Source of the DNA: Paraspadella gotoi
Taxonomy: Eukaryota; Animalia; Chaetognatha
Reading direction: 5' to 3'
Assembly: GCA_051294375.1 (NCBI GenBank)
Contig: CM119266.1
Location: forward strand, 14,796,652-14,860,651
DNA: 64,000 nucleotides
In this document: in pieces, positions 55,450-64,000 of the stretch
Layout of the letters: the number at the start of each line of letters is the position of its first letter
Position numbering within the stretch: the stretch's first letter is position 1
The notes under the pieces: model-generated
Database searches by the model: none
The model's input: only the letters and a program-made list of their open reading frames with translations
Told to the model about the DNA's origin: nothing
Made by a program: the position numbers and the translations under genes

Positions 55450-57475
55450 TCACTAACCATATCGTCTTACTCATAAACTCAGGTAACAGCTTATAAAAAT
55501 GAAACAACTGTTAACGTGACTTTAACCAATACGGGTGGAACCTGTACGGAAAGCTTTTATTCTTTCACCCTTGATGACGGTGGATCTTATCAACTTCAAT
55601 GCTCGATCGACATCTCTGGAGCTTTGGTACGCGTGAGTTAAATTTTTAAATTGGGAATAGTTGTAAGTTGTAACCATTCTCAAAGCGGCATTTTTTTATT
55701 ATCTTTACATGCATGTGAGGAGGACCAGTGTTCAAAGTTTATAAAAAGCTAATAATTGGAAAAATAATCGTTTTTAAAAATACATTCGCAATCGAGAATA
55801 CATAATTATTTTCTATCTAATCTATTGTTGTTTGTTTGTTGTTTGTTAAATTGATTACAAAAAATCACATGTAAATCATAAAATAAAAAAAAAACTTTTA
55901 TTTTAATACTTATAGATCACGTCGAGCGGCCCGGTCGGTGTTTGGAGCGGAGTTCAATGTGGCCAAGTCTCCGGAGCCGACGCAACTTGTCAGCACATGG
56001 TCGAGCAGATTCCACCAATCAACTCTTGGGGCGTCGAATTTGCCATCTTTGCCACCAACGGAGCCGCTGGGGATGTAATCAGGATAATCACCTCCGAGGC
56101 GGCAACGACGGTAAAAACTACAACGTCATCGGCATCAGTCGACACGGTCCTTTCCAACGCCGGAGACGTTCACGACTTTAGTAAGACCACTATGTATTGA
56201 ATCAATGTGTATTAATAATGTATTAATAATAAGAAACGAAATAAATGAATTAAAATAAAATTAAAATATTTCAACCGAAATGTATACCCATTTCACTTTT
56301 TTTAGAAAAATGAGAACCACTATCGGATCAAATTTTTTGTAATAAAAAATGAAAAGAATGAAATTGGTACAACCAATATAAAAATTATCCATTCATTTAA
56401 TAAATAAGCTATCTTGTCCCTGACTTTGGACAGGCTTTGGTGGTTTAAGGTCTCCATGACTCTTACAAGATAATGACATAGCAGGTCCCTGCAAGACTCT
56501 TTCGCAGTCTTGTTTATTTACTCCCAGTGAACCTGTCTTCCCTATCAATGAAGTGGTATAATATTTCAAAGAATGTTTCAAATGTCACTCTGAAGGTCAA
56601 ATTCAAACATATTACAGACCTTGCCACAAACGAGGCGATGTCCGTCGTTTGCTCCAGACCTTGTCTCGTCACTAAACTCACCAAGCAGAGTTCGGATTTC
56701 CTCTCCACGATGACCTTAGTTCCGTCGACTAACCAATTCGACACTAAATATTCCGTCGATATTCCCTACATGGGAAGCACAACCACCGGCGTGAAACACT
56801 ACTTGCAGGTACAACATTTATCGTGCCGCTTGACTCATTTTTAAAGGTAATAAAATTGATACTTAATTGCCGATCACGATTCACGGTACAAACTTGGAAA
56901 CGCCTTCGATCCCATTTATCGCTTCAGGTCGCAACGAATTCGTCTAATAAAGATTCCATCACTCTCGACGGAAGCGTTAATCTCGGGGAGCAATCGGGCT
57001 GGGTATCTGTCCCTGGACTTGCTGATTATGAAATAATCTCGTGGGAGGTAAAAAAAAAAAAACATTCGGGAATTTTTAATTTAGTTTATTGTTTGAAGAT
57101 AAGCTGGACTAAATTAAAGAAGATATGTTAAACTTAAGTGCATAATACATAAGATAAAAAAAGACCATAATTAAAGAGAAGGAACTGAGAAACGGTGACT
57201 ATTATGTGGAAAAGAGAATAAAAAGAAGAATACATCATTGTCGGACATCCATCTAGATAGAAACGTGTCAAAATAATGTCTTTTCCAATCGAAATGCTTA
57301 TATAAGCGAATTATCTCCTCAGGTGAATTACGGTACCCATCGTTTGGAGACGTCATCAGCTTCGGCGTCTTTCGGCGTCATCGTCTTCGGCTACAACCCA
57401 CTTTCTTTTTCCAACCCGCCCAGCTACGCTTATCTCGCTGGACTCAAACTTGCAGTCAACGAGGACATTCAATAA
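32901..57475 (+). CDS. Multi-exon type II transmembrane protein: TM + long glycosylated coiled-coil repeat stalk + C-terminal IgGFc-binding (FCGBP N-terminal-like) domain, ~2300 aa if all intact exons are used
   Basis: Manually spliced. 5' exons 32901-33573, 33662-33742, 33842-33907, 34730-34861, 34994-35089, 35168-35284 are all phase 1. Then the exon array 35781-53680, linker exons 53886-54011 and 54092-54217, and domain exons to TAA at 57473-57475. Phases are compatible; one acceptor (~54960) is uncertain. Confidence 0.85.
34186..34316 (+). repeat. Intronic 18-bp minisatellite (aagttgaccaaattatgc), ~7 copies
   Basis: Directly visible; it generates the spurious KLTKLC ORF. Confidence 0.9.
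35781..53680 (+). CDS. Tandem array of symmetric small exons: type A 96 nt (ENITxDNQKSTNEIQEKLxIIxPKLDxLILND) and type B 81 nt (GNNTLHFQLMDSIYQVSNxVxKLSxNQ)
   Basis: A starts: 35923, 36254, 36621, 36947, 37313, 37639, 38762, 38952, 39548, 39863, 40182, 41483, 43704, 45165, 45445, 45784, 47113, 47635, 48607, 49325, 50571, 51000, 51429, 51873, 52418, 53076, 53399. B starts: 35781, 36079, 36408, 36781, 37101, 37472, 37794, 38166, 39108, 40029, 41323, 41643, 43827, 45298, 45613, 45940, 47461, 48766, 49656, 49982, 51166, 51688, 52578, 53600. All are flanked by ag/gt, typically GATG|gt or CAAG|gt. Confidence 0.9.
36230..38100 (+). repeat. Recent ~690-bp tandem duplication (A-B-A-B unit, ~2.7 copies)
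   Basis: A exons at 36254, 36947, 37639 (spacing 693, 692) with near-identical introns. Confidence 0.9.
38322..38615 (+). mobile_element. Intronic short element with (GGAC/AGAC)n tract, DINE/HINE-like
   Basis: Starts acaagtttgagcaaacaatgcc and contains ggacggatggacggacggacgggcagacagacggac; an inverted fragment of the same end lies at ~41212-41232. Confidence 0.55.
40319..41279. mobile_element. TIR-bounded non-autonomous element with TTAGGG-like and (ACA/ATA)-rich interior
   Basis: Left end cagtgccccttttctg, right end caggaattgggcactt. A related copy ends cagaaaggggcactt at ~50418 after a similar TTAGGG-like tract. Confidence 0.5.
41820..41873 (-). ncRNA. Minimal type I hammerhead ribozyme (inverted copy)
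   Basis: Same motif on the minus strand; stem II GGCTT/AGGCC with one G-U wobble. Confidence 0.78.
42670..42723 (+). ncRNA. Minimal type I hammerhead ribozyme
   Basis: Stem I AACG/CGTT (extendable with TTGT/ACAA), core CTGAAGA, stem II GGCTT/AAGCC, GAAA, palindromic ACATGT stem III, GUA cleavage triplet ending at 42712. Confidence 0.8.
44045..44370 (+). mobile_element. DINE/HINE-like short element
   Basis: Shares gacaaatgagcaac..tttttaa(g/c)gtaagtgggaca..gacagac..ccgacc..aaagt(g/a)ac(a/t)tatagagt with 48965-49222. Confidence 0.6.
46150..46745 (+). mobile_element. Possible decayed Penelope-like 3' end with degenerate hammerhead (~46675-46705)
   Basis: Fragments DFNNPSI, GICIRDL and NKDWG loosely resemble the C-terminus of PLE GIY-YIG ORFs; ctgaagat-gacat..atgtt-gaag follows. 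Confidence 0.4.
48965..49222 (+). mobile_element. DINE/HINE-like short element
   Basis: (GACA/GACC)n tract, 3' hairpin (ttgc..cgcgagtactcgcg..gcaa), and sub-terminal inverted motif gttgcgccgc / gcggcgcaac. Confidence 0.65.
50130..50419 (+). repeat. Degenerate TTAGGG-like tract inside TIR-element remnant
   Basis: attagggttagggattagggttaagg..., ending in the same terminal motif as the 40319-41279 element. Confidence 0.55.
54420..57475 (+). CDS. Exons of the IgGFc-binding protein N-terminal-like domain
   Basis: Exons 54420-54589, ~54960-55158, 55250-55326, 55483-55626, 55916-56180, 56618-56808, 56928-57047, 57323-57475. Family motifs: DGFLALPLNTWGTSY, DISGALITSSGPVGVWSGVQC, CQHMVEQIPPINSWGVEF, MTLVPSTNQF, FGVIVFGY..SYAYLAG. 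Confidence 0.88.
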
Positions 57476-57744
57476 AGTCAGCGACCTGGCAACGTTGGCG
57501 AGGAGAAAAAGGAACTTTGTGGGATTAATTCTATTGTTACACAAAAGAGCCGTGATTAATTAACAGTGATTATACATAAACTGTACAGGCTCATAAACAG
57601 ATACTAATCACCGCTTCTTCACAGCTTTTTTTTTCACATTTTTCTGACAGTCGCTGGCGAAAAAAAACTTTTTAAATATCTATTTTTCTGTGATAAACTG
57701 TGAAACGGAGACTTTCGTTTTCCACTAATTTCGTGATACTAATG

Positions 57745-57750
57745 AATAAA
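57745..57750 (+). terminator. Candidate polyadenylation signal AATAAA
   Basis: AATAAA ~270 nt after the stop, with T-rich sequence downstream. Confidence 0.35.
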
Positions 57751-58796
57751 ATATGAAATCCAAATTGAAAAAAAAAGCCTGATTTATTGATTCGTTATTC
57801 ATGGATACTGAATCTTGATCTACAATCGATGTTCTTTTTTTCATTTAAGAAAAGTTTTTCAGGGGGCACCTGAACGCGCTTTGACTCAGGATGAAAATAA
57901 AACAAATGGTGCGTGTCCTAAATTCGCCTCCCGTATAGCTTGGTGAAACTTTGATCATCCAATTTCTTGGACATCTTAGTACTCGTTCAACAACCGTTTG
58001 TTCGAGGTTAATCCCATTACGATCAAGGTTGTGAAGTGTAAGGATGTCGGCCTAAACCCACCAGTGACATGGGTTGGTCACTGCATACCTCATACCCCTA
58101 GCATCACACCTCACAAAATGTTAAAACTGACGTTTGTATCTATGTTTTCCCATAAGCACTATGAGTATCTTGAGGACGTAGATGAATGTCATGCTGGTAC
58201 AAATTTTTAGTTTGGCGATCATGATTATATGTGTTTTATTCGTTTACAACAATTAGTTGAAACAGTACATTCAAAAGGGCATACAGCATTACAGATAAAC
58301 GCATAAATTGTACAGTTTACAATTCAACAAAATATAAATATTTAAATTAACAGAACGAAAAAAAAAGAAAAAGATATGGCCACGTTAAGCGGATGGAGGG
58401 CATAAGAAAATTAGTTTAAACAAAAAATGTCGCAATTTTTTTAAGGATCTGACGATAACAATATAATAAAAAGCTGTCTGTGTGAGATTCTCGCGGAGTC
58501 GAATAAATTCTACCTCCGCAAATTTATTCTAGAAAGTTCGATCGGCGAAAGGATTAGAATAAAAAAGTGGATTCGCATTTTCTCCTTGTTACGAGTCACA
58601 CACAAAAAAAAATATTAATATCGTCTTCTGTAGTACATTACAAGAAAAAATGTAAATTCACAAACTGTAATTACGGTAATTCACCTTTAACAGTTTGTAC
58701 CCCCGGTAAACGAAAACGAAAATAGAAAGAAAAAAACAAACCAAAACAAAATAAAACGATACAAAAAAGAAAATAGAAAAACGTTTCCTTGCCGCC

Positions 58797-60166
58797 ATGG
58801 CCTCCGTCGTTTTCGTTCTTCTTATATTCTTTCCAATTATTTCTTCCTTGAAGCGCGAAGTAGCTTATTCATCGAACAACGACAACGAAAACAACAACAA
58901 CAAGCGTTACATCGCCGATTCCGTCGGAAACGAAAGTTTGATGAGGAGATTGCTCGTCCTACCGAGGGCGCTGCGAGAGAAGACGAGCGAAGCTGACGAA
59001 GACGCTGAAATTTATTTCGAGAACAAAGAAGACGACGATATGGACCAGAATGACGACGACGACGACGACGACCGGGATAATGAAAAGGGCCATGACGATG
59101 ATCCAAACGACGAAGATGTCCCACTGCGACGGTCAAAAGAAGGTCAAAAACCCGGAGGACTGGAGCGAAGACAGAGAACTGGGCTCGGTAGAAGACCCGA
59201 AATGGGATGGAGACCTGGGAACGGACGGAGACCTGGAAGGCCCGGCGGATCGGGAGGTCGACAACCAGGCAGCAGGCGTCCGGGCAACGGGCGTCCTGAT
59301 GGAGGAAGACGACGTCCGGGCCACAGACCGGGCGATCGGTACCCTGTAGATTACGATAAATTTCATCCGGGTCGTTTCGCTATCGACACCCCGGGAGGGG
59401 CGTACCTCACTTTCGCCGATTGGCTGATGTGGATCTATGACGACGACAACAGGTAAAATGATTATCTGGTGCTACGAAATTGGTACAACCAATATTGCTC
59501 GGTTGAGATTATTCTTTGATTACAAAGGGAGCGCGGTCAAAACCAAAAATACCCATTTTCGTTTTAGCTATATATTTTTCCTTTTCTTTTCTCTCATCTT
59601 CTCCCCATTTCTCGGTCAGGTTTCCGCCACCCGGAAGCTTTCCGCCGGTGGGTCCTCCGCCCTGTGACGACGACGACGATGACAAAGACGATGACGACGA
59701 CACGGGTGACGACCGAGAAAGAGGCACTTCTCGCCGTCGAAGAGGAGGCCGCAGAAGGCCAAGACCTGAGCGGTTTGATAATATTTTGATTTTATCGTTT
59801 ATTCTTTATGATGATTAAATACAGTTTTTGATTATCATTATACAATATAAATACAATACTAAAATAGAATTGGTAAAGTTTTTCCCTCGGGATAATTTCC
59901 GAAAGCTTTAGTGCTCAAATTTGTTAGTCTCTGCAGGGCTAAAAATGTAATTTAGTGTAAGGTGACGTATAAGGTATCAGTCCCCCCAAAACAAAATTTT
60001 TAAACGAAAATGTTCGACAAAAGAATCTGTTTAAATTCTACCCAACTCAGGCCCTGCATCATGGAGGAAGACTTTTCAGAACGGCCCTACAAGGATCAGT
60101 TTTTGGGCTCATACGGCGGGGGCGACGTTCCCGGCGGCTACCAGATCGGTGGCGCGGGGGGCGGAA

Positions 60167-60206
<40 letters not shown>

Positions 60207-60258
60207 AGAGTCTAGTGCCAGTCATTTTGATGATCTTTGGGGGGGATTCGTTGGTTGA
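58797..60258 (+). CDS. Secreted low-complexity precursor-like protein, 3 exons (58797-59452, 59620-59772, 60051-60258), 338 aa
   Basis: Good Kozak context gccgccATGG; signal peptide MASVVFVLLIFFPIISS; two phase-2 GT-AG introns give a continuous 1017-nt frame; Asp blocks, RPG repeats, dibasic sites and a poly-Gly tail. Confidence 0.82.
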
Positions 60259-60708
60259 ACTCCACTGATGATTTCCTCGCATGCGGAAACAATATATTTC
60301 CGCGATTTCGAGATTAAAAAGCAAAGAGTAATCATATTCCCCAATTTATGAGTAAATGTGAAATACGTAATATGATTCCGTAATTAGTATGTTCTATCTC
60401 GATGAAATTAAAGACTGTAACTGGTAACTGATTAAAATATATAATTTATATATTTTGAACTATTTTTTTCTATTGCTTTTGTTCGTGTCTTTTCCTTCTG
60501 ATTGACATAAACCTACTCTTTGAAATCGGATTCTCCCCTTGACGACCAACAACTCTTCCTTCTCTCTTTTCCTCGATTGCAAATCTTGTCCCAACCGCAA
60601 ATAGGAAAAAAAGAAAAAAAAAAAAGGAAAAATGAGAAAAAAAAGAAAAAAACCCACGATTTTCTCCTGGAATTGTCCCTCGTCCTTCGTGGTCGGTTCT
60701 TCGTGTCG

Positions 60709-60998
<290 letters not shown>

Positions 60999-62429
60999 GG
61001 AAATTCGGGATTCCTTACCTTTGAGAGTGGAACCTCGGCTCTCGCGACGAACACGAATCATAACGAGAAAGACTTCCGGCTTTGCGTCCCGTTTGTCTTT
61101 TGCCGTGACCTTTGACCCGTTGACACGTTCGCTATGATTAAACTGAATCGAAATTAATCTGAACCTGGCTTTGCTTTTAACTGTTCTGATTTTCAACTGT
61201 CGAAATTTTGACTTTGGACCGGCGATGGAAATAAAGAGCTTTGTTCCTTTTCTCTCAACACGATTTTCGACTCTTGTTTCTCTGGAAAATGAAAATTCGT
61301 CGTTCTCTTCTAAAACAAGAATTTTAGCCGACGCTTTCGTTCTTCTTTTGTCCGAAACTATTACAAGTACTGTACACAGATTCAAAACTCACGTTTGATG
61401 ATGACTCTAAAACGAATAAAAGTCATTTCCAGTAAAATATGAAAAGACAATGCGAATCAAAAAAGAAAAAAAAATGGCTAAAAAGTAAAATAAAAAGTAA
61501 TGACTTCTTCGCTAGCTCAAGCTACAGCTGCAATCGGAATAAAAAAAGTAAGTTTTTTCAACTCGGCTCAATATTTTCGAAAGAAATCCACACAGACAAA
61601 ACAGCTGTAATTTTTAAAAAAATAAGATTTTTAATTTTTATTTTATCTCCTGATTTTGGTAATTGATATTTTTCAGTATACGATACAATAAAAAATGGCG
61701 TAACGTTACGGTTCCATTCATAAAAAAATTCACTGTTCAATATTATTATATTTGTTTTTATTTTTTGAAACGTATACGTCTAAGCTGGGCAACTCAAGTC
61801 GAGTGAGAGATTTTTTGGTTGTTTGGTTACTATGACTACCTCGCTACTACTTTATTTGAATTAGAATCTTAGCAAGTTTATGATCATATCGCTTTTTTGT
61901 TTGAAAGTTTTGATGATCTATTTTGAGTCCAAATAACTTATTTTATTGAGAGAGAAAATATTCGAAGTTGTATATAGAAACCAATCTTTTTTGTTAGCAA
62001 AACAGTTACTAATAAAATCATGCTCACCGAACCTTCACTAAAAAGTCAAATTAAAATTAATTAAAATTTTTCTAGATTTATTTTATTACATAAACATCCA
62101 ACGATTAAACTCAATTGTAAATACAGTTTCCCTGTTGCAAAAATTTGTCTTTGGGAAGCGCAGAAAATATAAAAATACTGATAATTTAAAACACGTGAGC
62201 AAATAATGATGAGTCAAATAATCGACGAGCTTACAAAGTGAGAAATGGGTGAGGCGGGACAAAATGTAATGAACATTCTGGACACGTGTTATCGAATTAA
62301 TCGTTAACAATGACTTAGAAAATGGCAAGAATTTGAAAAAGAATTAAAATTCGAAACAAGTTTGAAAGGAAAACAAAAAATTAAAACAAGTTAGAAATAG
62401 AATTCTTAGTTTGTATCAAGCCTTTTTCG

Positions 62430-63998
62430 TCAAACCGCCGTGACTTTGTATCCAGCCATCGGCAGAAGCAGACCGTCCATTGGCTGATCGAAAGGTCTGG
62501 CCACGCTCAACCTTCCTGCGTCGATCTTGGCCGGCGAATCCCGCGAGCTCGAGACGAGGGACGCCGATTCCGTGGCGGCGCCGTCGTCGTCGTCGTTCGA
62601 CGCCGGCAGAGGAGACGGGCTGCCCTGGGATCCGCCGTTCGGGGAAACGACGCCCGATGACGCCCCGGCGTCGATGGAGCGTCTTCTCTTCGACGCTCGC
62701 GACGCCGAGTGGCGAAAACCGTGGAAAGACGCCGCGTTGGCGTGCTGTCGGGTAAAGGGAATTTTCACGTCGGTCGTCGACGACGCCAACGACGCTGGCT
62801 GTCTCGACGGCGGCGGCGGAGGCGGCGGCGGCGGTTCGTGCGTCACGGCGCGCACGTGGATCGACGACGCCGGCGTCTCTCGACCCTCGGACGGCGTGCT
62901 GCGAGCGCTAGTGGGCGTGGGAAAAGGCGAAGACCGGCGCCCGTCGCTGACGTCCGTAGATCCTCTTCTGTCCGGCGAAGAGATTGAAGGATATCTCGCT
63001 GATCCGACGCGCGAAGTGAATCGCGACGAAGATCGCGTCGAACCCGGGAACGCCTCGCCCGGACGCGCAGGCAACACGGGCACGCCGCGTCCATACGCCG
63101 TTTGACTTCGCGGCGCCATTACGAACGGCGCCAATGGCGGCGGGACAGAAAGACCGCCACCGCTGTCGGCGCCGTTTCCAGCGTCCGGAACCGACACGTC
63201 GCTTAGCGAATTGTCTCTCGAGATGCCTTCGTCGGAATCTGTCTTCCTCGCGTCGATGGCGACGAAGTTCTGCTTCTTGTTAGAGAGTCTCGTCGTCTCC
63301 AGTCGATCGAAGTAAGTCAGTTCCGCCGGCATCTCGCTGCTCAGCCGCACGTTGCTGTAGAGGCCTCGTTGAAAGAACTCTGGAGTCGCGTCCTCGTCGT
63401 CGGTGGGCGGGGCTCCGCAGACGCCGCCGCCGCCGCCACCGCCGCCACCGCTGCCGCCGCGTTGATTGTTCGGCCGCAGATCCATGGCGCGCATCGTCTC
63501 TTCGTGGACCCGCCGCTTCCTTTTCCGCAGCACGGCGCGACGTTTCCGTAGACAGCAGACGCAGACGGCGGTGACGATAAGGATGGCGAGGAGGCCGCCC
63601 ACGAGGGTCACGTACTTGACGATCTTCTCCGAATCCGTGAGTTCGATGACGAACCGGGCGTGGCCGAACTCGTTACGGGCGAGGCAAGTGTACTTGCCGA
63701 AAGTGTCGATGCCGACGGAACGCTTGAGGGTGTAAGGGGAGAAGGGGTCGTTGTTTTGAAGGCGTTTTCCGTCGAAGAACCAATCGATCTTTGGTTCCGG
63801 GTGACCGGAGACGCGACAGGACATTTCCACGAAGCTGCCTTCTCGAGCCTTGATTTTCTTCGGTCCCCGTCGGTCGGCCCACGTCGGCTTGTGCGGGACC
63901 GACACTCGCGTCGAGGCCGAGCGAAGGTTCCACAGATCTCGCGCCTGCGTGCCGCAGCCGTTGGTGACGACGCAGGTGAGGTTGGCGCCGTGATCTCG
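62430..63998 (-). CDS. Ig-superfamily type I membrane protein, 3' part (nephrin/kirre/nectin-like adhesion receptor); 5' end outside window
   Basis: Frame is open to the window edge: DHGANLTCVVTN (C2-type Ig end), an I-set Ig domain (MSCRVSGHPEPKIDW...DTFGKYTCLARN), TM VTLVGGLLAILIVTAVCVCCL plus RKRR stop-transfer, long disordered tail ending VTAV*. Confidence 0.88.
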   Translation of the reverse strand, partial: RDHGANLTCVVTNGCGTQARDLWNLRSASTRVSVPHKPTWADRRGPKKIKAREGSFVEMSCRVSGHPEPKIDWFFDGKRLQNNDPFSPYTLKRSVGIDTFGKYTCLARNEFGHARFVIELTDSEKIVKYVTLVGGLLAILIVTAVCVCCLRKRRAVLRKRKRRVHEETMRAMDLRPNNQRGGSGGGGGGGGGVCGAPPTDDEDATPEFFQRGLYSNVRLSSEMPAELTYFDRLETTRLSNKKQNFVAIDARKTDSDEGISRDNSLSDVSVPDAGNGADSGGGLSVPPPLAPFVMAPRSQTAYGRGVPVLPARPGEAFPGSTRSSSRFTSRVGSARYPSISSPDRRGSTDVSDGRRSSPFPTPTSARSTPSEGRETPASSIHVRAVTHEPPPPPPPPPSRQPASLASSTTDVKIPFTRQHANAASFHGFRHSASRASKRRRSIDAGASSGVVSPNGGSQGSPSPLPASNDDDDGAATESASLVSSSRDSPAKIDAGRLSVARPFDQPMDGLLLPMAGYKVTAV

Positions 63999-64000
63999 CC

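Noticed and set aside
58165-58210. EDVDECHAGT resembling the start of a calcium-binding EGF domain
   Set aside because: A stop follows immediately and the remaining EGF cysteines are absent.
61395-61432. TTGATGA plus TGACT/AGTCA stem, hammerhead-like
   Set aside because: Lacks the leading C of CUGA and the GAAA box.
62480-63933. Alternative-frame and antisense ORFs over the IgSF gene
   Set aside because: By-product of high-GC coding sequence; only the minus-strand frame has coherent domains.

Overview
Eukaryotic (metazoan) genomic DNA: spliceosomal GT-AG introns, GC-rich exons, AT-rich introns and many (GA)n/(GAC)n microsatellites. An invertebrate such as an annelid/leech is my inference only. 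0.35-27 kb is one giant imperfect palindrome centred near 5.97 kb, whose right arm is interrupted by ~14 kb of decayed retroelements (mainly BEL/Pao). It has the signature of a long-read fold-back artefact. The main signal is a 24.6-kb plus-strand gene (32901-57475) that the ORF track almost misses. It encodes a type II membrane protein: cytoplasmic tail, TM helix, Thr-rich spacer, a stalk built from ~50 intact (plus ~10 decayed) mostly alternating 96-nt and 81-nt phase-1/phase-1 exons that nearly all start with an N-glycosylation sequon, and a C-terminal IgGFc-binding (FCGBP N-terminal-like) domain. Its introns hold a Penelope-like inverted-pLTR insertion with two minimal hammerhead ribozymes and a 13-bp TSD. 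Downstream lie a 3-exon secreted charge-block precursor-like gene (58797-60258) and the 3' part of an Ig-superfamily type I membrane protein on the minus strand. All calls come from manual reading; no database search was run.
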